A stretch of DNA of 64,000 bases from Octopus vulgaris (lineage: Eukaryota), in contig OX597821.1 in the NCBI GenBank assembly GCA_951406725.2, forward strand, positions 43,896,001-43,960,000. The letters run 5' to 3'. Both the position numbers and the translations under genes were made by a program. Positions 1-11,529 of the stretch are shown here, one piece after another; position 1 is the first letter of the stretch; each line of letters begins with the position of its first letter. The notes beneath the pieces are model-generated. The model saw nothing but the letters and a program-made list of their open reading frames with translations, was not told where the DNA came from and did no database searches.

Positions 1-589
1 TTTGTTTCAGCACACAATCTCTGATCAGGTACCTTGCTATACAAGTACATCTCTGTAATATCACATTATTTTTTCCATAGAAAAACCATAGGGTGTATTT
101 CCACGGAGATTTTGCTGCTCTTTCTAGCAAACTGAATAGTTATGTTGAGGTTTCTTTGTTTACTTGCAGTGATCTACTGAGGTTGAGTGTATAATTGGTT
201 TGTTGTTCATTCCCTTACTTGCTGTATTGAACTTCAGAGTAGATGGTTACAGTTAGACTTGTGATGTCGATAAGGATAATTACTCTTAAATGGATACATG
301 TAATAAAGGAAAGTTAAAGAAATTGATTTTATTCATCCCATTCATATGAGATAAATAAATATTGATCAATTGATTGATTGATTGACTGACACCCGTACCA
401 ATGAAAGTTGGCCATTTGCCGAGAGAAAGGAAATCAATACATATATAGATGTTTCGTTTACAACAGAATAAGGGCAAGATGCTAATACAGTGACATTTTA
501 CTGTATTAGAGGTTAGTTAGTGCTAATTAAGATATGGTACAGTGCCAGATTAAGTGTTTTACAATATTTATACCATTCTACATTCAAAT

Positions 590-780
590 ATTCCTTGAGC
601 TAAATTTGCCTGAAATTTAGTTTGACTAAGATTAAGTTAAGCCTGAGGTCAAGTTTGCCTGAAATCGAGGTTACTTCAGGGAAACTTCATATGAAATTTA
701 CTATATTTCATGTCAGCTATAACTGAAGGTAATGTTATCTGGAATTAACTATGTCTGAAGTTAGTTATGTCTGAAGTTTT
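590..780. repeat. Degenerate ~16-bp minisatellite
   Basis: Units such as tttgcctgaaatttag, tttgactaagattaag, tttgcctgaaatcgag, tatgtctgaagttag. Confidence 0.55.
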
Positions 781-790
781 TATATATATA

Positions 791-934
791 GGTACCGGCG
801 TGGATGTGTGGTAAGAAACTTGCTTCCTAACCACCTTGGTTCCAGGTTCAGTCTCATTACATGGCATTTTGAGCAAGTGTCTTCTACTATAGCCTCAGGC
901 CAACTAAAGCCTTGTGAGTGGATTTGGTTGATGG

Positions 935-987
<53 letters not shown>

Positions 988-1240
988 TATATGTATTTAT
1001 CTATGTGTGTGTGTGTCTTTGCATCTGTGTTTGTCCCCAGCCAGTGCTTGACAACTGGCACTAGTGTGTTTACATCAACATAACTTAGCAGTTCAGCAGA
1101 AGAGACTGATAGAATAAGTACTAGGCTTAAAAAGTAAAAAATGAGTCCAGGGATCAATTTGTTTGACTAAAGCCCTTCAAGGTGTTGCCCCAGCATGGCT
1201 GCAGTCAAATGAATGAAACAAGTAAAAAATAAAGTAAAAA
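791..1240 (+). mobile_element. tRNA-derived SINE, family A (octopus OR-type)
   Basis: A-box-like gtggatgtgtggtaag, B-box-like ggttcagtc, CORE-like gagcaagtgtctt, internal (CA)/(TA) tract and A-rich tail. Homologous copies recur in the window. Confidence 0.8.
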
Positions 1241-1395
1241 AATACAAATGAGAAGTTAAGTAAATAAACTATGTAAAATGATGTTGATAACTATAAGCAA
1301 GGGGAAGACATTGTATTAACTTACATAAGTTGTTTAATGTTGTGTGCACCTGAATGGCCGACCAGTGACAACACTGATTTATTTTCTCATTTTAG

Positions 1396-1435
1396 ATAAG
1401 GGAAATCTTTCTCAAAATGGAGTTGAAGCAGTAAG
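1396..1435 (+). CDS. Internal coding exon of an unidentified host gene (gene begins upstream of the window)
   Basis: Acceptor ttttctcattttAG, donor AG|gtaaca. Phase 1 to 2, reads (D)KGNLSQNGVEAV(R) and joins in frame to exon 2032-2086. Confidence 0.55.
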
Positions 1436-1552
1436 GTAACACATCTCGTTGCTGTCATTTATCAACATCACCTTACATATTTTGTATTTTTACTTGTATT
1501 GCTTAAACACCTTTTGGAACATTTATAGAATTTTTAAACAAATTACAATACT

Positions 1553-1591
<39 letters not shown>

Positions 1592-1595
<4 letters not shown>

Positions 1596-1890
1596 TCATC
1601 ATCGTTTAACGTCCGCTTTCCATGCTAGCATGGGTTGGACGGTTCAACTGGGGTCTGGCAAGCTCGAAGGCTGCACCAGGCCAGTCAGATCTGGCAGTGT
1701 TTCTACAGCTGGATGCCCTTCCTAACGCCAACCACTCCGAGAGTGTAGTGGGTGATTTTATGTGCCACCGACACAGGTGCCAGGTGAGGCTGGCAGACGG
1801 CCACGCTCGGATGGTGTTTTTATGTGCCACCGACACAGGTGCCAGACGAAGCTGGCGAACGGCCACGCTCGGATGGTGTTTGTTACGTGC
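1592..1890 (-). mobile_element. RTE-LINE 3' tail or RTE-tailed SINE
   Basis: Reverse complement of the 3' UTR at 4400-4800, with internal ~60-bp tandem units and a (GAT)n tail. Confidence 0.75.
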
Positions 1891-2031
1891 CCTCAGCTAT
1901 ATATATATATAGCAATAATTATAATGATATAGAACACTTTTTCATCCTCAAAATTTATTTCTTCTTATTTTACAATTTCATACAGCATATTTTTATTGTC
2001 ATTAAGACCTGCACATGTTTCCTCTGCACAG

Positions 2032-2086
2032 ATTAGGGGCAGTTGTAGATGGAACCTGGCATGATTTTTCCGTGCAGTTTCTTCAG
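2032..2086 (+). CDS. Internal coding exon of the same gene
   Basis: Acceptor gtttcctctgcacAG, donor CAG|gtacag. Phase 2 to 0, reads (R)LGAVVDGTWHDFSVQFLQ with no stop. Confidence 0.6.
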
Positions 2087-2839
2087 GTACAGCTTACCCA
2101 TCAGAGGAATTTTCAGTGTGAATGACAACAAATAGTAGTCATAGGTGTTAAATACTAATTGATGTGGTTAGCCGTAACCTGGAACATAAGTGAGAACCAC
2201 CACGGTATCTGCCCAGATGATACATCCCTCGAAACTCACATTAATATATATATATGGCACTTCTATCTACACAGCCATTATACGACGGATTTATATTACC
2301 TTTTGTTTCACGGCCCCATTCCTTCAATCATAATTCATAATCTATGCACCTTTTACTCATAGCTATATTTTGCTTTATTCTGACATTCAATATTTAATGT
2401 TATCCTAAAGAACATCTTTATAAGTACAACAAGTTAAGTTTATCTAAGTCTATTACCAATCTCAATCAGTAAAACTTCCAGATATGAATATAAGGGCATG
2501 TTTATAATCCAGGCAACTTTCAAAGGCAAACACAGCACACTTTTTGTTTCATGAAATCATCAATCAGTTCAGAATAATTAAGCTGAGAGCTAAGTTCATG
2601 TTCAATAGATGTCATAGGCAATCCACAAAGTCTGATACACGTTCATGGTACAATGTAATATTTTTTCAGGAACTTTTGCAGACACAATATATTAACATTT
2701 TATTCATTGAAATTTTCAGTTAACATTCTTGTTCAACATCTTAACCAAAGTAAATAGATAACTCATCTATGTACTTTGATCTTAATATGAAGCCCCTCAA
2801 CCATGGAGGGCCCCTGCGACTGCAGGGGTTGCAGGGGCT

Positions 2840-3075
2840 TAGTGACCACCCTGGGCTCTGTAACCTGGTACAAGAGTTCCTCATTGTGTCTTTGGGAAGA
2901 TCTTTGAACACCACCTTCACCTTGGCCACCAGCTCAATCTTGGTGTTGCAGGCAAAGGGGTCGGTGTCGTTTCTTAACTGCACTCCACACATAGTAATCC
3001 ATGGGATTACAACTGGGAGAATTAAGAGGCCAGAAATTGGGTCTGGTGAATTGATAGAAATTCTCTAACTCTCTT
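2840..3075 (-). mobile_element. Tc1/mariner-superfamily transposase C-terminal relic
   Basis: Frameshifted NSPD region followed by CNTKIELVAKVKVVFKDLPKDTMRNSCTRL, typical of the region after the third catalytic residue. Confidence 0.6.
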
Positions 3076-3269
3076 TGAAGTTATGACAAAGAGATGAATA
3101 CTGCTGCAACACATATGGTCTGTATATATGTGGGGGGGGGGGGCAGGGAGAGAGTATACATTTTATTCTTAAACAAGAATATTATTGACAGTGACTTCAA
3201 AGTTTCATCCAGTTAAGCCATCATCTGACAATGGCTTAACTGGCTGACATTTTAAAGTCATTATTTATA

Positions 3270-3935
3270 TTATTATTTGATTGAATGCCGCGCATCCATT
3301 TCCAAGTAAGTTTATCTTAATCTTTTTGATGCGACTCTACCCTATACTGTTCTCTCTCATTCTTTCTCTAATTCATTTTTCCTCCCCTTCACCGTTTTCT
3401 GTCTGTCTGTCTGTCTCTCTCCCCCTCTTTCTCTTTTACTCTCTATCGTTGCTCACATATGACCATCGTCCATCTTTCTTTTCCTCACATGATTGTCTTT
3501 CTTTTCTTTTAGGGCTGTCCTAAAGGCTGGACGTATCCTATCTATCTCTCTCTTCTATCTTATCTCTTGTCAAAGAAAATATTTCTCTAGTATTCGCTAT
3601 TTTACCCTTGTTCTGGTCTAATGACCCGTCATGTTTGTTTTCATTCGGTTTCTTTGTATGTCTCCACTGTCCTGTTATTGATCCTAATTTTGACCCTCCA
3701 TAAATCCCAAATTTTAATTTAGTTTTTGTTGGAGCAACTATCTTCAAAGACTCATATTGCCATTCAATGCTGAAAAGGAGGAGTAGATAGGCAGATGACA
3801 ATTGATACAGGGTCGTTCTTTATGTTACTTGACCTGTTTCCATTTGTTTCTCTTGTTGTTTGTGTATTAAACTCATTTGTTTGCGTTTTTCATGTTATTT
3901 ACTGTTTGTGACGTCCTGTACCAATATATGCCTAT
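3270..3935 (+). repeat. Interspersed pyrimidine-rich repeat, same family as 45880-46900 (probably Penelope-derived)
   Basis: Shared blocks such as tgtatgtctccactgtc, ggagcaactatctt.aagactcatattg and gtgacgtcctgtacc occur at both loci. Confidence 0.7.
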
Positions 3936-3944
3936 ATCATCATC

Positions 3945-3974
<30 letters not shown>

Positions 3975-3975
<1 letters not shown>

Positions 3976-4800
3976 CAGTGTGCATACAAGATAGAGTGTG
4001 AGTGCTCTGAGAGAAAAGTTGGACATAAGAAGCATTAAATGTGGTGTAAAAGAGAAATGACTACACTGGTATGGTCATGCGTTACATATGGATGAGGAAA
4101 GCTGTGTGAGGAAATGCCACACCCTAACTGTGGAAGGAACCTGTAGAAGAGGTGAACCGAGGAAGACACGGGATGAGGTGGTGAAGCATGACCTTCGAAC
4201 ATTGGGCCTCACAGAAGCAATGACAGGAGACCAAGACCTTTGGACATACACTGTGACTGAGAAGACCTGGCAACTAAAGTGAGATCGTAGCCATGGCCAA
4301 TGCCAGTGTTGCATGTTCAACCCATTGGTGCATCGGACGATATGATATGCTTGAGAAGACCTGTTGAGTCAAGTAAAACCAAAACTAAAATTGTAGCAGT
4401 GCATGTAAAATGCACCATCTGAACATGGTTGAGGCCAGTGCCCCCTGACTGGCTCCTGTGCTGGTGGTACATAAAAAGCACCGTCTGAGCATGGTTGATG
4501 CCAGGTCCACCTGACTGGCTCCCATACCAGTGGCACGTAAAAAGCACCATCCGAACGTGATTGATGCCAGGGCTGCCTGACTGGCTCCTGTGCCAGTGGC
4601 ATGTGAAAAGCACCCACTACACTCTTGGAGTGGTTGACATTAGGAAGGGCATCCAGCTGTAGAGACATTGCCAGATCAGATTGGAGCCTGGTGCAGCCTC
4701 CCAGCTTGCCAGTCCTCAGTCAAATCATCTAACCCATACCAGCATGGAAAACCGACGATAAACAATGATAATGATGATGATGATGATGATGATGATGATA
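3975..4800 (+). mobile_element. RTE-clade LINE 3' end with 3' UTR
   Basis: LREKLDIRSI...WYGH..MDEESCVRKC..VEGTCRRGEPRKTRDEVVKHDL; 3' UTR with ~60-bp tandem units and (GAT)n tail. Confidence 0.85.
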
Positions 4801-5060
4801 TATTCATCTATTATTTGTCTATTCTTGAAATCCCACTCATTAGCTTAGGAACAGGGGTGGAGGGGAGATAGGGGTGCAGGGGTACAGGGGCTGTAGGAAA
4901 TGCAGGAGTGTAAATTTTTTTGCAGGAGTGGGGTGGGCAATGAAAATGCTTTGAAAATTCCTCTTGGTAAACTTCATCACCAAAGCATAGAAACATTTTT
5001 GGACTGATTTGAAACATTACTTTTCTGTTATTGGATTTATCTGAGTTGATTGACGTACAA

Positions 5061-5098
<38 letters not shown>

Positions 5099-5149
5099 GA
5101 ACTACTCTCTCACTCAATAATAATAATAATAATGACAATGATAATGATG

Positions 5150-5192
<43 letters not shown>

Positions 5193-6067
5193 TAATAATA
5201 ATAATAATTATAATTAATATTATTATTATCATTATTATTATTGTTATTGTTTTTGCTGTTGTTGTTGTCGCTAGGCCTAACTCATCATAAGGCCAATATG
5301 ACCATGAGTGATATCTAGGCAACAATAGAGAAGGCAAGCTACTGGATTTAGCTAAAAAGAGACGATGAGCAATGGTGAGAAGAATATCGAGCGAAACCTA
5401 TTAACTAGTTTATGGGGGTGGGGTGGAGGGAGGAATGGAGGGGGGATGGTACGCATTCCTCCCTTGCTAGCATCTGATATTTGCAGATGCAAGTTGTTTA
5501 TGGTGTACCTGTGTTAGTTTGGACATTAAAAGGGAAAAAAATCGACTTTGTTTCTAAAAAAGTTTGGACTTAGGTTTGCAACTCCTATGTAACTTTCCTT
5601 CCGGCATATATGCTTCCAGCCATATTAAATTACAAAATAGTCACCAGTCAATCTTAGTCGCAAATTTGATGATTACAATTTCTTTCATAACTGTAAACTA
5701 TTTTTCTTTTATATCTTAATTATTTGTATATTTCAACCAAAATAATTTAGTCCAGAAATATATAGGAAAGCTAAAAGGGGTGTTAGACAATGAAAATGGT
5801 AATATTTCTAGCATTAAATACTTTCTTGAACATAACTTATTTTTTACAAAAAGGAAGCATATTTGAAATAGCAGTGAATGGAGAAAAGTGATCTAAAATA
5901 GCATGGAATATTGACTTAAATGGAATTGAAAACGAAGATGAAAATTTGATTATTAAAATAAAAATAAAATTTTGAGAATAAAATATACCTACCTACCTAC
6001 CTACCTACAGACCAACTGACCTATCTGTCTGCCTGTGTATATGTATTTATATGTGAATATTCATATT

Positions 6068-6114
<47 letters not shown>

Positions 6115-6117
<3 letters not shown>

Positions 6118-6605
6118 GGCATAATAAATGCTGAACAAGTGTGGAAAATAGATTCCATCAACTGCCAGTGGGGCAAGCTGGAAGTAGTAGATACTTTCAA
6201 GTATCTAGGTGACCAAGTAAGTAGTAGAGGTGGTTGTTCCAAGAGTGTAGGTGTGAGAATAAATTTAGGCTGGGTAAAATTGAGAGTGCTCCTACTCCTG
6301 CTAGTAACAAAGGCCTCTCCCTCAGAGTGAATGGCAGATTGTTTGATGCCTATGTGTGAACAGCTATGCTGCATGGTGGTGAAACATGGGGCTGTGACAG
6401 CCGAGGACATGTGCAGGCTTGAGAGAAATGAAGCCAGTATGCTTTGCTAGATGTGCAGTGTTGGTGTACATGTTTGACAGAGTATAAACACCTAGAGAGA
6501 AAAGTTAGGCATAAGAAGAATCAGATGTAGTGTGCAAGAGAGATGACCATGCTGGTATGGTCATGTGATGTGTATGGGCGAGGACAGCTGCGTAAAGAAG
6601 TGCTC
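6115..6605 (+). mobile_element. RTE-clade LINE RT C-terminal fragment, same family as 3975
   Basis: LEVVDTFKYLGDQVSSRGGCS..RINLGWVKLR, then MLHGGETW and WYGHV motifs across frameshifts. Confidence 0.85.
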
Positions 6606-6929
6606 GAATCAAGTGGTCCTGGTTCATTTTGGACATTACTCTGACTATGGCAGCTTTCAAAGAATGATAAGCCTTCTTAGTCAAGGATAACTTGGTCTAA
6701 ACAACAACAACAACAACATATATATGCATATGGTGGGGGGGGGGTGCATTTTAGTGTTCCCTTGTCTTGACATGGTGTAATAGTTGTAAAGAAGCATCCC
6801 CATTATATAAGCAGTGTCGTCTGTTGGTCATGAAAATATGTCTGACCAAGGGAATATATACTTTGGAAACAGGTGAGGGTCAGCAACAGGGAGGTTATCC
6901 AGTTACAGAAAATCTGCCTCAGTGAATTC

Positions 6930-7150
6930 TTATTTCTCTATTGCCCGCAAGGGGCTAAACATAGAGGGGACAAACAAGGACAGACAAAGGGATTAAGTCA
7001 ATTACATCAACCTCAGTGCGTAACTGGTACTTAATTTATCGACCCTGAAAGGATGAAAGGCAAAGTCGACCTCGGCGGAATTTGAACTTAGAATGTAACG
7101 GCAGTCAAAATACCGCTAAGCATTTGCTCGGTGTGCTAATGATTCTGCCA
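6930..7150 (-). mobile_element. tRNA-derived SINE, family B
   Basis: Minus strand has gttcaaattcc B-box and gactttgcctttcatcc...gtcgataaattaagtaccag body; closely matches 10800 and 61545. Confidence 0.85.
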
Positions 7151-7762
7151 TCCATCCCATGTGAGCATAGAGAAGTTGACATTAAGATGATGATGACAAT
7201 GATGGCAACAATAATGAGGAATACTTCCCTGAGTTCACAATGGCAAATGTTTTTAACTTAAGAACTTTGGAGGAAGAGGATAAATTGATCGTATTCACTT
7301 GATTGCAACTTAATTTTTATTGATCCAGGAGGGACAAAAGGCAAAGTTGACCTCGGCAGGATTTGAACACAAAATGTAAAGAGACATATGGCATTTTGTC
7401 TGACATAGTAGCAGGAATGAATGTTTCAATATAGATTTCCTATTTTAAGACAAACAAATTAGTTTGAGGAAGATCTTGCTGTTAATTCTGGAAATTCTCC
7501 AGACCAAAAGACCAGACATCCAATTCATTTCATTCACTTGATTGCCTCTCCTCTGTATACTAATGCTCTGTGTGATCACATGGTTTGCAAGAACTATTAG
7601 CCAAGCTCTCACTCAAATCATGATCCACTGACTAAAAAAAGAATCCTGGACATATTGGACAATGTAATCTTAAATACAATATGCCAGACGTAGAAGATGG
7701 GATGGTCATAGTTGGAACATTTTTGATGATAAGCCTTCTCAGTCAGAGATAACTTGGGCTAA

Positions 7763-7828
7763 ACAACAACAATAACAACAATAACAGCAGCAGCAGCAAC
7801 AGCAACAACAACAATAACAACAACAACA

Positions 7829-7880
<52 letters not shown>
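7763..7880. repeat. Compound trinucleotide microsatellite (AAC/AGC/ACT)n
   Basis: Directly visible. Confidence 0.95.
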
Positions 7881-7881
<1 letters not shown>

Positions 7882-8130
7882 AAGAACAGTACCTTTGTAG
7901 ACTTGGAAAAATGAACATAAAAATAATGATAATGATGATATGACATTGATGATGATAATGATGGTAATGATAATGATGATGAGGAGGAGGAGGAAAAGAG
8001 GAAGCGAAGAAGTACTGGTGATGGTGATAGTGGAGATGATGATGACTAGGAAGTCAAAGGAGTAAAGATATTTCAATAGGCACATGACAATGCTTCACTC
8101 TCTTCACAAAAAGTGTTTTCTTTATTTTAG

Positions 8131-8241
8131 CGAACAATGCAGACTCAGGCTTCAAGTTTGATACAGCATATATTTGGCGGTCTGAAACCTTTATTTCCTG
8201 TTTACTACATCAATAGATGTAACACCACTGACAACACATAG
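8131..8241 (+). CDS. Terminal coding exon of the same gene
   Basis: Acceptor gttttctttattttAG. Phase 0, reads RTMQTQASSLIQHIFGGLKPLFPVYYINRCNTTDNT then TAG (8239-8241), followed by unique AT-rich 3' UTR-like sequence. Confidence 0.55.
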   Translation, partial: RTMQTQASSLIQHIFGGLKPLFPVYYINRCNTTDNT

Positions 8242-8452
8242 CAAGCAGACATGATAGCACACCACGTTGCAAAATTCTTTCTCTCCATCATCTAGTAGAA
8301 GTTCAAAAGATATTGACAGAAATGTCATGTTCCAGATTTTTCAGCAGTTCTTCATTCGTTTCAGTACATGGCCTTTCACCAGCGACCTTAAAAATATTCA
8401 GTCTGATTGAGTGGGGAAACAGAACTTTAATGAAAAACCTAGATTAAAGAGG

Positions 8453-8602
8453 AATAAAAATCACTTTTGATAAAACAAAGCAATACTGATTACATTGTAT
8501 CTTTAAGAATTTTTTTTTTCCATTTGTGAATAAAAATTCCATTAAACTGGCACACTGGGATTTGAGAACTGCAGCAGGAAAGATTTAAATTTCATAAATA
8601 AA
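8453..8602 (+). promoter_or_regulatory. Candidate polyadenylation signals
   Basis: AATAAA at 8453, 8529 and 8597, 210-360 bp after the candidate stop codon. AATAAA is common in AT-rich DNA. Confidence 0.4.
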
Positions 8603-8949
8603 TGAAAAAAAAAAAAGATTTAAGATTGTTGCTAAGTGCTTTATAACAGTCAACCTGTTTTTAATATATTGAGGGAAAAAATGAACAGATTAGCATTTAG
8701 GGATATGTACATACATAAACACACACATACAAACACTCATACATACATATATGCATACATTCATACATGCTTACATACATACATATGTACATACATACAT
8801 ACATATATATATACATACATGCATAAGTACTTGCTTACATGCATACAAACATACATACATACAGCTATGCACCAGAGGGGCCGGAATGAGTGGAAAGAGT
8901 AAGAACATGATGAGAATAAGGTGGGTTATTTAGGTGTGCAGTCAGTAGT

Positions 8950-8983
<34 letters not shown>

Positions 8984-9003
8984 TGGTGTGGGTCAAGAGT
9001 GGT

Positions 9004-9036
<33 letters not shown>

Positions 9037-9077
9037 TTATATATGTATATATATATATATATATATATGGGGGGGGG

Positions 9078-9340
9078 GCGCAATGGCCCAGTGGTTAGGG
9101 CAGCGGACTCACGGTCGTACGATCGCGGTTTCGATTCCCAGACCGGGCGTTGTGAGTGTTTATTGAGTGAAAACACCTAAAGCTCCACGAGGCTCTGGCA
9201 GGGGGTGGTGGCGATCCCTGCTGTACTCTTTCACCACAACTTTCTCTCACTCTTTCTTCTGTTGGCCTGCTTGCTTAGCCAGTGGGGTGGCGTCATTTGA
9301 AGGCTAAAACAATGCGAACGCATTGTGACCAGCGATGTGT

Positions 9341-9347
<7 letters not shown>
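9078..9347 (+). mobile_element. tRNA-derived SINE, family C
   Basis: A box tggcccagtggttagg and B box ggtttcgattccc; flanked by (TA)n. Confidence 0.8.
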
Positions 9348-9409
<62 letters not shown>

Positions 9410-9414
9410 TTTTT

Positions 9415-9640
9415 TATTCTTTTATTATTTTTTTATTATTCGTTTCAGTCATTTGACAGAGACCATGCTGGAGCACCGCTTTTAGTCAAAGAAATCGACT
9501 TATTCTTTGTAAGCCTAGTACTTATTTTATCAGTGTCTTTTGCCGAACCGCTAAGTTACGGGGACGTAAACACGCCAGCATCGGTTGTCAAGCGATGTTG
9601 CGGGGGGGGGGGCAAACATACACACACACACACACACGTA
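9415..9640 (-). mobile_element. SINE family A, 3' half
   Basis: Reverse complement of 1020-1240. Confidence 0.8.
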
Positions 9641-9779
9641 TATATATACTTTCTCAATTCCCGAGCGTTAATTATTATTAAAATTATAATTAAGGGTATC
9701 TAAGAGATACCCCCATGCTAGAGATAGCAGTCAAAACTTGACTCTAAAACCAAGTTTTGACATGGGAGAGGAAGATGGG

Positions 9780-10620
9780 TCACTCCTCAGCAGTGTGTAA
9801 ATGATACATACATATCTACAAATGTGATTGATCATATCAAAAGCTTGTCACGGAGTACTGATAAGTTTATGACACCTTACTTCAAAGGCTACCTCCCTGT
9901 AATTCAAAAACAAGAGATCTCCACTAAGTACCTACAGCCTAAAAAACAGAAAAAGGCAGAAAACGTTGACAGACAACAACTGCAGGCTGTGCAAGACCAA
10001 AACTGAAGGTATCAACCACATTATTGTCAACTGAAAGAATGCCTACCAGATATTATCTTTCCATGAGGCACGATGCTGTGGCCAGAATGATCTGGAAGAG
10101 AATAACCAAAGAGAAAACACCTACAGACGAAGTTGACTATATTGAGATCGATAGATCAAAAGAATATTGGTGGAACTTAAAAATTAAAACAGCCACCAAG
10201 TTAAAACATAACTGATCAGATATTGTTGTATGGGATCACAAGGAGAACATACGTTCTGTTGTGGAAATCAGTCGTTTTCTGGACACCAATGTGGTTCGAA
10301 AAATACAAGAGAAAGAGGACATCTATGGAACATTAATAGGAAATTTTGCAAATCTAGTACTCAAAATATACTTTTAGAATCATACCTATTAATATTGGAG
10401 CAATAGGACACATACCAACCCTCCTTGGACAAAATACGGTTTGGGGGTGAGAATGCAAATCCTCAACTTATATACTACAAACGATCAGGATATCAGGGAC
10501 TATAAAAATCATCAAAGCTTTCTTAAGATTTAAAGGATGGGGAACAAGACCAGATGCTTTCCTTCCACAACCTTGCTACCAAGCGGGTGGCCGGTCAAAA
10601 TTTATTCTAAATTAAAAAGA
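9780..10620 (+). mobile_element. Degenerate R4/Dong-clade (REL endonuclease) LINE 3' region
   Basis: YLSMRHDAVARMIW, YWWN..IKT, SDIVVWD, VVEIS and IIPI..GAIG motifs broken by stops and frameshifts. Confidence 0.75.
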
Positions 10621-10799
10621 GGAAAAGAACGTACACACATGTGCACGCGCACGCACACATATGTATCTATAAATGCACATATTAATACACACCACTCACA
10701 CACACACACACATACATATTCACCTGTAATGTGTATGCTGCGTGTCCGTATCACAGCTTTGTCTCTTGTGTTTCCTTTCCAGTTACTTCCAAAGATCGT

Positions 10800-11025
10800 A
10801 GTGAGACTAGAAACGTTAGCACGCCGGGCGAAATGCTTAGCTGTAGTTCGTCTGTTGTTACGTTCTGAGTTCAAATTCCGCCGAGGTCGACTTTGCCTTT
10901 CATCCTTTCGGGGTCGATAAATAAAGTACCAGTTTCGCACTGGGGTCGATGTAATCGACTTAATCCCTTTGTCTGTCCTTGTTTGTCCCCTCTATGTTTA
11001 GCCCCTTGTGGACAGTAAAGAAATA
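10800..11025 (+). mobile_element. SINE family B
   Basis: Same body as 6930 and 61545. Confidence 0.85.
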
Positions 11026-11529
11026 TATAATGATAAAAGGAATACATAGAGTACTATAAGATGAAAGTGGGGTGGGGCTGGAGGGTGGAGGTTACGCTGT
11101 AGCTTTGTTTATTGAAAGTAAAATGTAGTGAAGTTTTTTTAGTATCTTTCGAGGACATATTTATAATAAAGTTATGTTTTTCCACCGATCAATACATTTT
11201 CAACATCAACAAAAACAAAACCAAAAGTGAGCATCGAGAGTGGGTCTTCTAGCATCATCAGCAAATAATAAAAGTTACGTTTTTTTTTATATGTATAACA
11301 ACAGTTAAAATTTATGTTTGTTTTAAAATTTAATGTAAAAACATAGTAAAAGTATTTTAGTTAGAATTATAGTAACGAAAGATTTAAAGGGTTTTCCAAA
11401 CAGAAAATAAGGATCTAAATACATAGGGATCTGTTATAGTAAGGAAAGCCAAGAATGAGAGGCGAAAACAAAAGGTTTTGATTTACTAAAAGTGAACTAG
11501 GCAGCGTTGATTGAAATATAGGTGACTGC

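Noticed and set aside
170-181. Upstream micro-exon of the candidate gene
   Set aside because: The phase required to join exon 1396 gives a TGA stop, and the donor is weak.
9078-9150. tRNA gene
   Set aside because: A and B boxes are present but the sequence runs into a SINE body with no clean acceptor stem or terminator.
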